Shown here piece by piece: positions 12,052-22,879 of a stretch of 64,000 nucleotides of DNA. Both the position numbers and the translations under genes were made by a program. The notes below the pieces were generated by a model, which was not told the origin of the DNA, did no database searches, and saw nothing but the letters and a program-made list of their open reading frames with translations. This DNA comes from Saccharolobus solfataricus P2. GTDB taxonomy: Archaea; Thermoproteota; Thermoprotei_A; Sulfolobales; Sulfolobaceae. The stretch lies in assembly GCF_000007005.1 (NCBI RefSeq), contig NC_002754.1, one strand, 5' to 3'. Each line of letters begins with the position of its first letter. Position 1 is the stretch's first letter.

Positions 12052-13251
12052 GTAATATGGAACATATTTCTCTCCTTTCTCAACATCTCTATCAACAACA
12101 GCTCCTGGATAAATCCAAGCATATGCACCAATCTTTACCCCAGGCAATATTGATACATTAATCCCAGTTCTTACATGGGCACCTACTATTGCACCTAATT
12201 TCTTTCTACCACTGCTTACCCTTTCGTTTTTTATATTAACCTTAACTTCCTCTTCATCAAACCGCAAATTCGCGGTTATAGTTCCAGCTCCAAAATTTAC
12301 ACCCTCACAGATTACACTGTCTCCGACATAACTTAAATGCGGAATCTTTGCGTTTTCCATTATCACGCTTTCCTTTATCTCGTTAAACGCACCAACCTTA
12401 ACGTTACTTCCTATCACACTATATGGCCTTATATACGCATTAGGTCCGATAACAGAATTTTTACCTATATAAACGGGACCCTCTATATAGGTACCAGATT
12501 TTATTATAACCCCATCTTCAATAACTACTTTACCTTTGATTTTAACATTTTCTTCGATTACACCTAGATTTCGATCCTTCTCCTTATCTAAAAGTACCTT
12601 ATTAGCTTCTATTAAATCCCAAGGCCTTCCTATATCTAACCATATTCCATTGTACGTAACTACCTTAACCTTATTTCCGATAAGATTTACAGCATCTGTA
12701 AGCTCAAATTCACCTCTACTTGATAAACTTATTTTATCAATATATGAGAAAATATCATAGGTAAACTTATAGATACCTGCGTTAATTATATTTGACGGAG
12801 GATTCTCAGGCTTTTCGACTATTCTCACTAATCTATTTTCTGAGTCTTTCACTATAACTCCAAATTTTCTAGGATCTTCAGACTCTCTAGCTAGAATTGC
12901 CTCCCCCTCAGTATTTACTATTTTATCCAATGCATCTTCTTCAAAAAGAAGGTCTCCGTAAATTACTAAAAATTCTTCATCTCCCTCAAGATATTTCTCG
13001 GCTGCTCGTAAAGCTGCAGCGGTACCTTTTCCTTCAGTCTGTTCAACTAGACTAACTCCTTCAATAGTTTTGAAATAATCCTTATGGTTAGAGTTTATTA
13101 CAATTATAATCTTATTTATATATTTCTTTAATATCCGAATATGCCTTAAAATTAAGGGAGTTTCAAGAACAGGAACAAAAGGTTTAGGTCTTGTATGGGT
13201 TATTGGTTCTAATCTCTCTCCTTTACCCGCTGCTAACACTACTGCTTTCAA
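12028..13251 (-). CDS. Bifunctional sugar-1-phosphate nucleotidylyltransferase/acetyltransferase (GlmU-like)
   Basis: LAAGKGERL...PKP motif and C-terminal hexapeptide repeats. Confidence 0.9.
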   Translation of the reverse strand: MKAVVLAAGKGERLEPITHTRPKPFVPVLETPLILRHIRILKKYINKIIIVINSNHKDYFKTIEGVSLVEQTEGKGTAAALRAAEKYLEGDEEFLVIYGDLLFEEDALDKIVNTEGEAILARESEDPRKFGVIVKDSENRLVRIVEKPENPPSNIINAGIYKFTYDIFSYIDKISLSSRGEFELTDAVNLIGNKVKVVTYNGIWLDIGRPWDLIEANKVLLDKEKDRNLGVIEENVKIKGKVVIEDGVIIKSGTYIEGPVYIGKNSVIGPNAYIRPYSVIGSNVKVGAFNEIKESVIMENAKIPHLSYVGDSVICEGVNFGAGTITANLRFDEEEVKVNIKNERVSSGRKKLGAIVGAHVRTGINVSILPGVKIGAYAWIYPGAVVDRDVEKGEKYVPYYLRRSSGT

Positions 13252-13849
13252 CTTGTTTACCTAAATTTTCTGGTACTTTAAGCACTTTAGTTTTTTCTAT
13301 CTCAGCCTTCCTTAGTGGATATATCTTCTTTGCTGCTTCAAATATTTCGTTAGCTAATCTCCCAAATACTACCTCTTGCGTAAAATCATCGAAAGAAAGT
13401 TCACTGGCTTTTTTAGATACGGTCTCATTAATTATTTTTCTAATCGCTGTTTTTTGGGATTGATGGCATTTATACGTAGTCAGAACTAATCCCTTAACCC
13501 TTACCACATAACCATCCTTAGTAGTAACATCGAATATACTATTTATTTTAGAACTTTTTCTCCTAATTAAAGATCTTAAGTAATCCCTTGAGAGTTCATG
13601 CCCTACAAATCTTGTAATTAATCTATCCCCTTCATTACCTATAATTTTAAAATATAAGTGGACATAAACTTGGCTGAAATCACCAGTGAGATCGTATAGA
13701 GTCGTCTCAACTCTTCTTCCTATAGTTTGAGTTATGTCGTAGGCTGGGGTAGAGCCTAGCGAAACCTCTCCAAAGGCTTTAGGCGTTATTACGCTGTACC
13801 ATTTCTTCATTTTCCACTTATCCTTAATTGCTCCTCCTTTAGCTGACAT
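13223..13849 (-). CDS. rps3ae: Ribosomal protein S3Ae (eS1)
   Basis: DKWKMKKWY and KIYPLRKAEIEK motifs. Confidence 0.96.
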   Translation of the reverse strand: MSAKGGAIKDKWKMKKWYSVITPKAFGEVSLGSTPAYDITQTIGRRVETTLYDLTGDFSQVYVHLYFKIIGNEGDRLITRFVGHELSRDYLRSLIRRKSSKINSIFDVTTKDGYVVRVKGLVLTTYKCHQSQKTAIRKIINETVSKKASELSFDDFTQEVVFGRLANEIFEAAKKIYPLRKAEIEKTKVLKVPENLGKQVESSSVSSG

Positions 13850-14552
13850 TATTCATCTCCTTTTCATTGTGGATTATTCTGGTATAAAGTTTTCTCAAAA
13901 AGTGCACGATGACCCTAGCCTCTTCCTCGTCCTTTACTCCCTTTATTATTGCGCGCTTTAGTGCTATATACATCTTATAATCATCATCAGACCTTTTAAG
14001 CAATTTATAAAGGATTTCAGTATATTTATCTATTAATTTTATGGATTGATCTGAAATTGTAGAAGTCTGAGGATTGGTCAATAATTCTCTATTTTTCCAA
14101 ATTTCATATAATACTATGCCGACAGCATGTGAAAGATTAAGAACCGGATAACTAGGATTAGCTGGAATATAAAGAAGAAAATCGCATTTGAATATTTCTT
14201 CCCTAGTTAAACCAACGCTCTCTCTACCGAAAATTAATGCGATCTTCTTACCTTGAATTAAAGGCAATATTTCCCAAGGTCTTATGGACTTCCTTAAAAT
14301 ATCTCCATTATTATCTGCTATACTAGAAGTAGCTATCTTAATATCAACATCATTTATAGCTTTATCAAAAGTATTCACAATTTTAGCTTTCTCTAAGATC
14401 TCTCTCCCGCCAGCGGAAAACCTAAAAGCTTCGGAAATGTTAGCCCTTGGATTAACTATATAAAGTTCATCAACCAAAAAATTTTTACATAATCTAGCAA
14501 CAAAACCAATATTGTATTCACCCTCAGGCTCCACTAATACTACCCTTATCAT
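13839..14552 (-). CDS. trmJ: SPOUT tRNA position-32 2'-O-methyltransferase (TrmJ family)
   Basis: LVEPEGEYNIG, IFGRESVGL, YPVLNLSHAV. Confidence 0.88.
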   Translation of the reverse strand: MIRVVLVEPEGEYNIGFVARLCKNFLVDELYIVNPRANISEAFRFSAGGREILEKAKIVNTFDKAINDVDIKIATSSIADNNGDILRKSIRPWEILPLIQGKKIALIFGRESVGLTREEIFKCDFLLYIPANPSYPVLNLSHAVGIVLYEIWKNRELLTNPQTSTISDQSIKLIDKYTEILYKLLKRSDDDYKMYIALKRAIIKGVKDEEEARVIVHFLRKLYTRIIHNEKEMNNVS

Positions 14553-15147
14553 ACTCCTTCACCAACTCTAATCCTATAAGTCTCTCATAACCGATAACCT
14601 TCTCGTACTTCTGTGAAATTTTGAATCTCCACTTATTAATAGCATATACTATCTTCTCTTCATCACTTAAAGAAGAATACAGAGTATAAATTCTATTAGC
14701 TTTTACAGTTTTCAAAAAATCAATAAGAACTTTACTTCCATCATTTCCACCAGACCAGCTATACTCTATCCACTCATTATATTCCTCCACTGGTAAATAG
14801 GGAGGATTAAAAATAGCTACATCGAAATCATATTTTCTGAGACAAGACAACAAATCGCAATTAAGAACACCGTAATAGTTTGGAGTATTATATAAATTAT
14901 TAACTTTTAAGGAGCATAATGTAGATAATGTTGCATATGGATTTATATCAACAAACACTACCTTTCCTCCCATCATTAGAGACCATATTCCTAAAATCCC
15001 AGAACCAGATCCCATATCTAAGACCTTATCTCCTTTACCTACTCTGAGTAAGCTAAGGAGAATATCAGTATCGTCAGAAGGTTCGTATGTCTGATCATTT
15101 AAACATAATCTTATCCCACGGAATTCAATAATTCTAACACTTGCCAA
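14524..15147 (-). CDS. HemK2/N6AMT1-type methyltransferase
   Basis: YEPSDDT, DMGSGSG SAM motif, FNPPY. Confidence 0.88.
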   Translation of the reverse strand: MASVRIIEFRGIRLCLNDQTYEPSDDTDILLSLLRVGKGDKVLDMGSGSGILGIWSLMMGGKVVFVDINPYATLSTLCSLKVNNLYNTPNYYGVLNCDLLSCLRKYDFDVAIFNPPYLPVEEYNEWIEYSWSGGNDGSKVLIDFLKTVKANRIYTLYSSLSDEEKIVYAINKWRFKISQKYEKVIGYERLIGLELVKEYDKGSISGA

Positions 15148-15755
15148 GGTTTAAATTCCCTCACCTTTAAGTCGTTATTAGAACTAAAACCACACAACTT
15201 GGAGGCCTTTCTTAGGGTTTTATTCCTATATCTACTAATACACGAAAGTATGCTATCAACCTCCTTATCATATTCTCTTATCCTATTAAAAATTGTAATA
15301 ATCGAATAGACTTTCGGACGAGGACTGAAACAACTTGGCGGAATTATGTCTTTGATTTGTATATTATAAATGTAGTTAAGCAAAAAAGAAATATAGGTAG
15401 AATCGTTAAAAATCTTATCTACAAAATCTTTTTGCAAAATTAATGTAAGTTTACGTATATTATTAAGTTTAATCACTTCTTTGAAAAAATCTGAAGTTAT
15501 CTGATAAGGTAGAGAAGAAACTAATTGTCCCCTTAATACTGGTAAATATCTTGCATCAGCTATTACAAGATTGAAGTTTTTCAAATACTCTATCATTTTA
15601 TCATCCAATTCGATACAAATATCCGGTTCTAAAAACCTTGTAATATTTCCCTTTCCACAGCCAATCTCTAAAATGGGCCTAATCCCATTATCCACATATG
15701 AAATAAACTTCCGTATAAAATTCTCATCAATAAGAAAAACTTGTGAAAGCCTTAC
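15111..15755 (-). CDS. rsmA: 16S rRNA adenine dimethyltransferase KsgA/RsmA (start codon uncertain)
   Basis: LEIGCGKG, SSLPY, FSPRPKVYS; frame stays open 20 codons upstream of the track start and encodes RLSQVFLID, resembling the GQxFL motif. Confidence 0.88.
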   Translation of the reverse strand, partial: VRLSQVFLIDENFIRKFISYVDNGIRPILEIGCGKGNITRFLEPDICIELDDKMIEYLKNFNLVIADARYLPVLRGQLVSSLPYQITSDFFKEVIKLNNIRKLTLILQKDFVDKIFNDSTYISFLLNYIYNIQIKDIIPPSCFSPRPKVYSIITIFNRIREYDKEVDSILSCISRYRNKTLRKASKLCGFSSNNDLKVREFKPWQVLELLNSVG

Positions 15756-16378
15756 TTTAGCTTTTCAATATAGCCCACATAAATGAATTGCTGCTCCAAT
15801 CTTTTATTTTCATCTGGTATAAGAGGGTATACAAACAGATAGTATTTCTCTCCACCTTGCATCTCCTTTATTATCCTCTCTACTAGTATTGAAGCTACAT
15901 CCTTAACACCTATTCGGGATTCTATATCTTTAAAACTCTCAAAGGGTTTTTTCTTTCTCTCCTCCAAAATTATCCTTAAAGTCTTTTTACCAATATTTGG
16001 CAGTAACTCTAATGCATGAAGCCTTAACGTTAATGGCTCAGCTTTATTAAAAATCTCTACGAAAACTTTTTCTTTCTCGAAAACAATTTTATATAAAATC
16101 TTAGGTAAATTATCCCTAGATACTGATGTAAGGTCTTCGTAAGAAATATGAGCGTCTACTTTAACGCTGGAATTTGAGTCTAACTCTATCTTATCCTCCG
16201 GAAGGAAATCTAAATTATAAGATAAGGGAGTTAGTTCAAGCAACAAGAAATAATCTTCACCTACGGCTTGAATGAGAGGCTTATCCCTATGAAACTTATG
16301 CTTATCTAATGGATTACCCTCTCTCATATAATCTAAAACATAAACTACTCGCTCTCTTACTATCCTTTTTCTTTGCAA
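15752..16378 (-). CDS. DUF655 family putative nucleic-acid-binding protein
   Basis: VLDYMREG, LRLHALELLPNIGKK HhH-like motif; usual neighbour of rpoF and ksgA. Confidence 0.85.
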   Translation of the reverse strand: MQRKRIVRERVVYVLDYMREGNPLDKHKFHRDKPLIQAVGEDYFLLLELTPLSYNLDFLPEDKIELDSNSSVKVDAHISYEDLTSVSRDNLPKILYKIVFEKEKVFVEIFNKAEPLTLRLHALELLPNIGKKTLRIILEERKKKPFESFKDIESRIGVKDVASILVERIIKEMQGGEKYYLFVYPLIPDENKRLEQQFIYVGYIEKLK

Positions 16379-16419
16379 TTCTACTTCCCTAAGTAGTAAT
16401 AGATTCTAAAAGTAAAAAC

Positions 16420-16761
16420 TCAACTCTTGATGTATTTCCTAATTATATCAATTATTTTTTGTATATCCTCAGAAGTATATGTCTTATTAGTATCCATTAC
16501 TAAAATACTCCTTACCTCATCAGATGTAGTAGGACAGATACTAGCTAGAATAGCTCTAACATCTTCTCTACTTACGATATTACTTAATTCTTCAATAACC
16601 TTCTGAGCAGACTCCGCATCACATTTCTCCACACTATTTAAATAATCATAAGTCCTTTGCAATAAATTAGACGAACCTCCAGATCTAATTACATCAGTTA
16701 GTAATTTTTTCGCTACTGAATAAGGAATATAATGCTCCTCAACTATATATACAGATGACAA
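16420..16761 (-). CDS. rpoF: RNA polymerase subunit Rpo4 (RpoF)
   Basis: HRDC-like pattern, [13 protein letters not shown]; adjacent to rpl21e. Confidence 0.93.
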   Translation of the reverse strand: MSSVYIVEEHYIPYSVAKKLLTDVIRSGGSSNLLQRTYDYLNSVEKCDAESAQKVIEELSNIVSREDVRAILASICPTTSDEVRSILVMDTNKTYTSEDIQKIIDIIRKYIKS

Positions 16762-16768
16762 ATACTAA

Positions 16769-17074
16769 TCACCCACTTGAATTAAAAGGAACTAAATGTT
16801 CCGGCCTAACAATTATCACCTTTTCCTTATCACCCAATGTAACCGAAACTAAATATGCTCTACCTCTTTTTCCAATAATCTTCCCTACTTTACCTTGATA
16901 ACGCCTATGAGGCATACCTTGATGTACTGATGGATTTATCTTTACCACTACATTATCACCTTCCTTATATTCAACCATTAGCTTGCTTAGAGATGGAACT
17001 GCACCCCTTTCTCTAGGACTCTTTCTTAGTAGACTCCTTGACCTAGTCCGATAACCCTTCGAATGTTTAACCAT
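16769..17074 (-). CDS. rpl21e: Ribosomal protein L21e
   Basis: SKGYRTRSR and GMPHRRYQGKVG motifs. Confidence 0.97.
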   Translation of the reverse strand: MVKHSKGYRTRSRSLLRKSPRERGAVPSLSKLMVEYKEGDNVVVKINPSVHQGMPHRRYQGKVGKIIGKRGRAYLVSVTLGDKEKVIIVRPEHLVPFNSSG

Positions 17075-17163
17075 AATATTCCCTCATACTCATTATATAC
17101 CACATAATTAAGATTTTTGTTGGAAAAACATATAAGGTAAAACTGAACTCAGTATAATAGATT

Positions 17164-17263
17164 GCGGGGGTGCCCGAGCCTGGTCAAAGGGGGCGGACTT
17201 AAGACCCCCAAGTAAGAGATCCGCTGGCGAAGGCCTGCACGGGTTCAAATCCCGTCCCCCGCA
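17164..17263 (+). tRNA. tRNA-Leu(UAA) with 15-nt intron at 37/38 (17204-17218)
   Basis: Acceptor stem GCGGGGG...CCCCCGC-A, long variable arm, BHB motif CUUA/UAAG with AGA bulges. Confidence 0.95.
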
Positions 17264-17317
17264 TGATAGTTCTATTCGTTCAATTTTTGGAAAAAGAGTA
17301 AATTAATACTACAAAAA

Positions 17318-17587
17318 TTAACACGAAATCCCATGATTTGACAAGTAATTCGTGACCTCTTGTAGTAAATAATCCTTTAACTCGTTGGGACTCCAATCTG
17401 GATTTGCAAGTGGTAAAACGTCATTCAGATAATCCCTTACCATTTGCTCATACATTGTCTTCTGATTCCTAGTTAAACCGGGATAAGCTTCAATGCAGTC
17501 ATTTATTGTAGATAAAACCTTATTATACACGTTTTGTAATTCCCTAGCCCTCTCCTCAGCTTGCCTATAACCCTCTTCATAAGACAC
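17318..17587 (-). CDS. Hypothetical small acidic helical protein
   Basis: 89-aa ORF, third gene of a tightly spaced cluster; no family recognised. Confidence 0.7.
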   Translation of the reverse strand: MSYEEGYRQAEERARELQNVYNKVLSTINDCIEAYPGLTRNQKTMYEQMVRDYLNDVLPLANPDWSPNELKDYLLQEVTNYLSNHGISC

Positions 17588-17593
17588 TTCAGA

Positions 17594-18010
17594 CTAATCA
17601 ATGGCAAGTACAGCTAACTCAGCAATGGCTAATGGAAAAACTGCAGAAATCCCAGCAATAGCCTTTTTCTCCTTATTAAGGGCATCTATTATCACGCCAA
17701 ATCCCTTGCTTATGTTCAGCTCCTTAGTGTAATTTGCGATACCAGCTGTAGTTAAATCAGTGGGAGGCTTAATAACGTCCAAAAAGACGAATTCTACTGG
17801 ATATTGCAAATTATTACCAAGTGGCACATTAATAGCTCTTGTCGAGAAGGATTTGATTAGTCCCACTAATCCAAATTCTGAACAATAGGTCGCACAGAAT
17901 TGTCTACTGAACAATGGAGCACCGATATCAATATCATTAAACTTGAAATCGAGAGTAAACGGTTGAAATACAGTTCCTACTACAATTCTTGTACAATACT
18001 CACTAGGCAT
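17594..18010 (-). CDS. Hypothetical protein with hydrophobic C-terminal helix
   Basis: 138-aa ORF ending IAGISAVFPLAIAELAVLAID. Confidence 0.7.
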   Translation of the reverse strand: MPSEYCTRIVVGTVFQPFTLDFKFNDIDIGAPLFSRQFCATYCSEFGLVGLIKSFSTRAINVPLGNNLQYPVEFVFLDVIKPPTDLTTAGIANYTKELNISKGFGVIIDALNKEKKAIAGISAVFPLAIAELAVLAID

Positions 18011-18013
18011 GAT

Positions 18014-18754
18014 TTAATTACAATTATTTAGGACCACATCAATTGGACCATTAACCGTAACTGCAAGATAATTTGATAAACCTAACCCACTAGCTACTTG
18101 CTTAAATGAGGCCAAAGCCAGATAGATGAAAGGATATTGATCAGAAATAGTACGAAGTTCATCAGAACTCTTTGCTCCTAACGAACTCCCTATGAGCGTT
18201 TTTGAAACATAATAACTACCACTACTACCGGGATAGACTAAATCATCTATACTTCTTGGAGAAGAAAGCGTTATTTCTGATGCTAAACTTGCAATTGCAA
18301 CCACTAAAGCAACACCTACTGTAGTTATGTAATCCCAAATTGCACCAAGTAGACCTTGGCAAGATTTAAACCTAGCTGGATTGTACCATTCGATCTGTGC
18401 TGATACCCTTTTTAACGGTATAATTCCAATTTCTCCATTACTTATAAAAATATCCCTAGCCTTAGCAGGCAATTTTACTAAACCCCTAAACGCCGCACCA
18501 CCTTGATATACTGCAATATTACTACCACCTATCCACACTGGTGATATTCCTCCAATGTAATAATATTCTCCAGTATCCTCAGTCCTAATCACAATGCCTT
18601 GTCTAAAAATCTTAGTTTTCAATTCATAAGCACTTGAACTGTTTGACACGGCAACAGCTAATATTCTTTCAGCAACAGCTATGGCAGGGTAAATCTCATA
18701 CATCTTTTTGTTACCCTCTCTTTTATATTTATAATACTCTTTCAGTGAAATCAT
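18014..18754 (-). CDS. Hypothetical protein with internal hydrophobic helix
   Basis: 246-aa ORF; likely true start MYEIYP after a GAGGGT SD-like sequence; hydrophobic segment GLLGAIWDYITTVGVALVVAIASLA. Confidence 0.7.
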   Translation of the reverse strand: MISLKEYYKYKREGNKKMYEIYPAIAVAERILAVAVSNSSSAYELKTKIFRQGIVIRTEDTGEYYYIGGISPVWIGGSNIAVYQGGAAFRGLVKLPAKARDIFISNGEIGIIPLKRVSAQIEWYNPARFKSCQGLLGAIWDYITTVGVALVVAIASLASEITLSSPRSIDDLVYPGSSGSYYVSKTLIGSSLGAKSSDELRTISDQYPFIYLALASFKQVASGLGLSNYLAVTVNGPIDVVLNNCN

Positions 18755-19034
18755 CTCACACTGTTGCTGTGCTATGTCTAATGAAGCACCTATTGCTCCA
18801 ATAATCCCGCCTATTGTACTTAAGATTGAACTTAGAGATATTCTGGCCGCAGTTCCTATAGCTATATGAAATTTAACTGGTCAATGTTTAAATATTTTCT
18901 CATAACAATAGACAGTTGATATATATACGCATTCATCCATGTAACCATTAAAATCATGTTTAAAAGAAAAATGTAATCCTTCTGCAGTTATAATGGTAAT
19001 AATTTATTACCAAAAACTTCTACTTTATTTAAGT

Positions 19035-19119
19035 GCGGGGGTGCCCGAGCTAGGTCGAAGGGGGTAGGCTCAGGCCCTACTGGTGAAGGCCTTCGCGGGT
19101 TCAAATCCCGCCCCCCGCA
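19035..19119 (+). tRNA. tRNA-Leu(CAG)
   Basis: Cloverleaf; anticodon arm GTAGG-CTCAGGC-CCTAC; long variable arm. Confidence 0.96.
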
Positions 19120-19194
19120 GTGATAAAATTTGCATACTTGGATAAACAGATAAAAATCCTAAGCTTTTTATGTTCTTTCGATAAAAAACTTCCG

Positions 19195-20448
19195 ATGAGC
19201 TACAAAATAAAAGACCTTTCTCTCGCAAGTGAGGGAAAAAAGCAAATAGAATGGGCAGAAAGACACATGCCAACATTGATGGAAATAAGGAAGAGATTTA
19301 AAGCTGAAAAACCACTAAAAGGTATTAACATATCAGCAGTGCTTCACGTTACCAAGGAAACAGCAGCACTAGTTAAAACACTTAAAATAGGTGGAGCTAA
19401 CGTTGCTTTAGCTGGAAGTAATCCCCTTTCAACTCAAGATGATGTAGCAGCAGCCTTAGTAGAGGAAGGAATCTCAGTATTCGCATGGAAAGGAGAAAAT
19501 GAGACAGAATATTATTCCAATATTGAAAGTATTGTAAAGATTCACGAGCCAAATATTGTAATGGATGATGGTGCTGATTTACACGCTTACATTCATGAAA
19601 AGGTAAGTTCTAAACTTGATATTTATGGCGGAACTGAAGAAACCACAACTGGTGTTATTAGACTTAAGGCAATGGAGAAGGACGGTGTCCTTAAGTATCC
19701 TCTCGTCGCAGTAAACAACGCGTATACCAAGTACCTTTTCGATAATAGATATGGAACTGGACAAAGTGCCATAGATGGAATACTTAGGGCTACAAACATT
19801 CTAATTGCAGGGAAAATTGCAGTTGTAGCTGGATATGGATGGGTAGGCAGGGGCATAGCTAATAGATTAAGAGGAATGGGCGCTAGAGTCATAGTAACTG
19901 AAGTAGATCCAATAAGAGCTCTTGAAGCAGTGATGGACGGCTTTGACGTTATGCCTATTGCAGAGGCCTCAAAGGTTGGTGACATATTCGTAACAGCTAC
20001 CGGAAATACAAAGGCTATAAGAGTAGAGCACATGCTCAATATGAAAGATGGCGCAATATTATCTAATGCAGGTCACTTTAACGTAGAGGTGGACGTAAAA
20101 GGGTTAAAGGAGACTGCGGTTAAGGTAAGAAACATAAGACCTTATGTTGATGAATATACTTTACCTAACGGTAAGAGAGTATACTTGTTAGCAGATGGTA
20201 GGTTAGTGAATTTAGCTGCAGCAGAGGGTCATCCTAGCGAAGTAATGGATATGAGCTTTGCCAATCAAGCTTTAGCTGTAGAATACCTAGTTAAGAATAG
20301 AGGAAAATTGGAGAAGAAAGTATACAATATGCCAATGGAGTTGGATTATGAAGTGGCTAGAATAAAGTTGAAATCTATGGGCATTCAAATTGATGAGTTA
20401 ACAGAGGAGCAAAAAGAGTACTTGGAACAATGGAAATCAGGAACCTAA
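19195..20448 (+). CDS. ahcY: S-adenosylhomocysteine hydrolase
   Basis: [31 protein letters not shown]; ATG 19195 (MSYKIKD) preferred over the track start that abuts the tRNA. Confidence 0.97.
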   Translation: MSYKIKDLSLASEGKKQIEWAERHMPTLMEIRKRFKAEKPLKGINISAVLHVTKETAALVKTLKIGGANVALAGSNPLSTQDDVAAALVEEGISVFAWKGENETEYYSNIESIVKIHEPNIVMDDGADLHAYIHEKVSSKLDIYGGTEETTTGVIRLKAMEKDGVLKYPLVAVNNAYTKYLFDNRYGTGQSAIDGILRATNILIAGKIAVVAGYGWVGRGIANRLRGMGARVIVTEVDPIRALEAVMDGFDVMPIAEASKVGDIFVTATGNTKAIRVEHMLNMKDGAILSNAGHFNVEVDVKGLKETAVKVRNIRPYVDEYTLPNGKRVYLLADGRLVNLAAAEGHPSEVMDMSFANQALAVEYLVKNRGKLEKKVYNMPMELDYEVARIKLKSMGIQIDELTEEQKEYLEQWKSGT

Positions 20449-20496
20449 AGGTTTAAACGCAAGTCTTAAAAACAGTTTTTCGGTTATTGTATATGT

Positions 20497-20570
20497 GGGC
20501 CCGTAGCTTAGCTCGGTAGAGCGCTCGGCTCATAACCGAGTGGTCAGGGGTTCAAATCCCCTCGGGCCCA
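20497..20570 (+). tRNA. tRNA with CAU anticodon, most likely tRNA-Ile2(CAU)
   Basis: GGGCCCG acceptor stem of Ile type; lacks initiator A1-U72 and GGG/CCC anticodon stem; loop CTCATAA. Confidence 0.85.
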
Positions 20571-20930
20571 TGAAATTTTTACTTTGAATTTGCTACTACA
20601 CTGCTTGCAAATAAGAAGATTAAACCTAAGGCTAAATTAGGAAAAGATTATAAATTAAGATTTACAAGTTTCAAATTTCAATTGGACTCTCGGAGAGGCT
20701 GAAAAATCATCCGTTAGATGTTGCCAACTATTATTTTGTGTGTTATAGAATAGAATATTTTAAAAAGTAGAGAGTAGGCGGTGGTTAGACTAAAACTCAT
20801 TGCTAAATACGATAAGATCTGTTAAATGGAAAAATAGGATTATAACAATGAGGTAAAGAGGAACTATTACCTTAAATGTCATGCATAATTGTGACCTTAT
20901 CATTTTAAAAATTCTATAGGAATTGATATA

Positions 20931-21038
20931 CGCCGGGGACGGGATTCGAACCCGTGTGCCTCAGAGAGGCAGTAGGTCCCTCGCAGTAACGCTGGAAAGG
21001 TCTCGAGCCTACCCCCTTGACCGCTCGGGCACCCCGGC
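20931..21038 (-). tRNA. tRNA-Ser(CGA) with 24-nt intron (20978-21001)
   Basis: GCCGGGG acceptor stem, long variable arm, BHB motif CUCG/CGAG. Confidence 0.95.
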
Positions 21039-21070
21039 AATTAAATATATATCGATAAAAATTTAAAAAA

Positions 21071-21976
21071 TTAAGCAGGAACGTAAATCGGATCTTTTTC
21101 TGTGGATATTTTAGTTATCTTCTGGAATTCACTTTTTATATTCTTAGGCAAACTAAACGAAATCTTATGAGAATAGCCGTCATAGAATCTTAGCTGTCCA
21201 TCAATACGTTCGTTTATTTTGGAATCTACTTCATCCTCCGAAAGTAGGTCTGGCCTTACTCCTCCATAGACGAATCCCCATAATCCATCAAAGGATGCCA
21301 TATAGGTGTATGAAGCTGATGCTTCCTTAAATACCTCCTTTATAGTGTTATAAATCGTCACATATACTTCTAGAGAAAATGATGGAGATGTGGCTTGTGT
21401 TACTATGCCTCCTCTCTCATTCAATATTTCTCTTAATTTCTCATAGAACTCCTTAGTATAAAGCATATATGATGTAGAATTCTTGATTGGATCTGTTAGG
21501 TCTAGAATTATTGCATCATATTTCTCCTTTGTTTCTTTTATAAACTTTAAACCATCAGTAATTACTAGGTTAGTCCTCTTATCCTCAAAAGCTCCCTGAT
21601 GCCACTCATATAGATACTTCTTAGCAAACTCTATAACCTTCTCGTCTATATCAACCATTACTGCTTTTTCTACAGACTTATACTTAAGAACTTCTCTAAG
21701 CGTTGCTCCTTCTCCACCGCCTAAAATTAACACACTCTTAGGAGGTTTTGTTAATGATAGTAATAATGGATGAACTAATAATTCATGATAAATATGCTCA
21801 TCATATAGTGTTGATTGCACTTTTCCATCTATGATAAGCCCTTTTCCAAACCTAGTGAATTCAACTAATGTAACATGCTGATATGGAGTCTTCTCTTCAG
21901 CTAATACTTTTTCTATTAGGTGACCGTGAAACTCATATGGCGTTTGCCATTCTAGGAGCCAATGCCAACCAAACAT
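21071..21976 (-). CDS. speE: Polyamine aminopropyltransferase (spermidine synthase family)
   Basis: [22 protein letters not shown]. Confidence 0.93.
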   Translation of the reverse strand: MFGWHWLLEWQTPYEFHGHLIEKVLAEEKTPYQHVTLVEFTRFGKGLIIDGKVQSTLYDEHIYHELLVHPLLLSLTKPPKSVLILGGGEGATLREVLKYKSVEKAVMVDIDEKVIEFAKKYLYEWHQGAFEDKRTNLVITDGLKFIKETKEKYDAIILDLTDPIKNSTSYMLYTKEFYEKLREILNERGGIVTQATSPSFSLEVYVTIYNTIKEVFKEASASYTYMASFDGLWGFVYGGVRPDLLSEDEVDSKINERIDGQLRFYDGYSHKISFSLPKNIKSEFQKITKISTEKDPIYVPA

Positions 21977-22161
21977 TATCTTATTCTGACCCCATTAACC
22001 TTCTTATTTTGCCAGCTATATCTCCTTATCTTCTTCGTCCTTCCAAATCCACAAGCTGCACAGTAGTGCTTACTTACATTATAAGCGTTCCGGCCACATC
22101 TTCTGCATCTTATGTGAGTGTGAGATTTGTTCATCTTTCCAAAGGACGGTGTACCTTTCAC
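21976..22161 (-). CDS. rpl37e: Ribosomal protein L37e
   Basis: [14 protein letters not shown]...CAACGFG. Confidence 0.97.
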   Translation of the reverse strand: MKGTPSFGKMNKSHTHIRCRRCGRNAYNVSKHYCAACGFGRTKKIRRYSWQNKKVNGVRIR

Positions 22162-22175
22162 TTTAGCTCACCTAA

Positions 22176-22415
22176 CTAAGAAGTTTGTAGAGGAGAAATT
22201 AAAATTACATTATCTCCTCTTATTACTATAGTCCCTAATTTTTTACCACTACCATCACTTTGTATCTCTTCTGAGTCTGATAGGACTAAATTCATATGTT
22301 GATCATAGCTCCTTAACATACCTCTTACTTCCTTATTTCCCTTTAGTTTGACTAATACTAAGTTGTTTAATGACTCTGCTAACACCTTATGCGCTGTTTC
22401 TGCCAAAAAATTCAC
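22176..22415 (-). CDS. Sm-like (Lsm/SmAP1) protein
   Basis: Sm1 motif [14 protein letters not shown] and Sm2 motif IRGDNV; coupled to rpl37e. Confidence 0.95.
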   Translation of the reverse strand: MNFLAETAHKVLAESLNNLVLVKLKGNKEVRGMLRSYDQHMNLVLSDSEEIQSDGSGKKLGTIVIRGDNVILISPLQTS

Positions 22416-22463
22416 CTATCAAAATCATCTTGAGCCGGATTTAAAAATTATTGGGTAAAGAAG

Positions 22464-22552
22464 TCCCGCCGCGGGGACTTGAACCCCGGACCACCCGGTT
22501 ACTGTCCCCTATCTACAGCCGGGCGCTCTAAACCGGGCTGAGCTACGGCGGG
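22464..22552 (-). tRNA. tRNA-Tyr(GUA) with 13-nt intron (22500-22512)
   Basis: C1-G72 acceptor CCCGCCG; BHB motif CUGU/ACAG. Confidence 0.95.
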
Positions 22553-22879
22553 TCTAATTAGAGTTATTTAAGTTATCAATTATAAGTTTTATTGCCGTCT
22601 TGTACATGAGAAACGTTAATATATTTTGAAAAGAATACTAAGGTATTGTCAGCTACTTTTTTAATATGTTATGGTTTCTAACTCTAGAAAGGCAATATTC
22701 TATAACATCATAATAAAAAGTTCTTTAATTTCCCTAAAGGTGTTCAAGAGTTTAGATGATCTTCACATTACCTTATAGTATTTACTTATCTTGAGGGCTT
22801 CTGCCTTGTAGAGACATTTTGCTGGTTGTTTTTCAGTAGTTTTAAAAACTAACTCAGAATGTATTTTTAGGGCTGGATA

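Noticed and set aside
17164-19119. Two tRNA-Leu genes acting as attL/attR of the orphan cluster
   Set aside because: Both are complete isoacceptors with different anticodons; no partial tRNA copy or integrase is present.
19070-19276. 68-aa minus-strand ORF, and the 25-aa N-terminal extension of ahcY
   Set aside because: The ORF overlaps tRNA-Leu(CAG) antisense. The ahcY extension begins immediately after the tRNA and spans the likely promoter.
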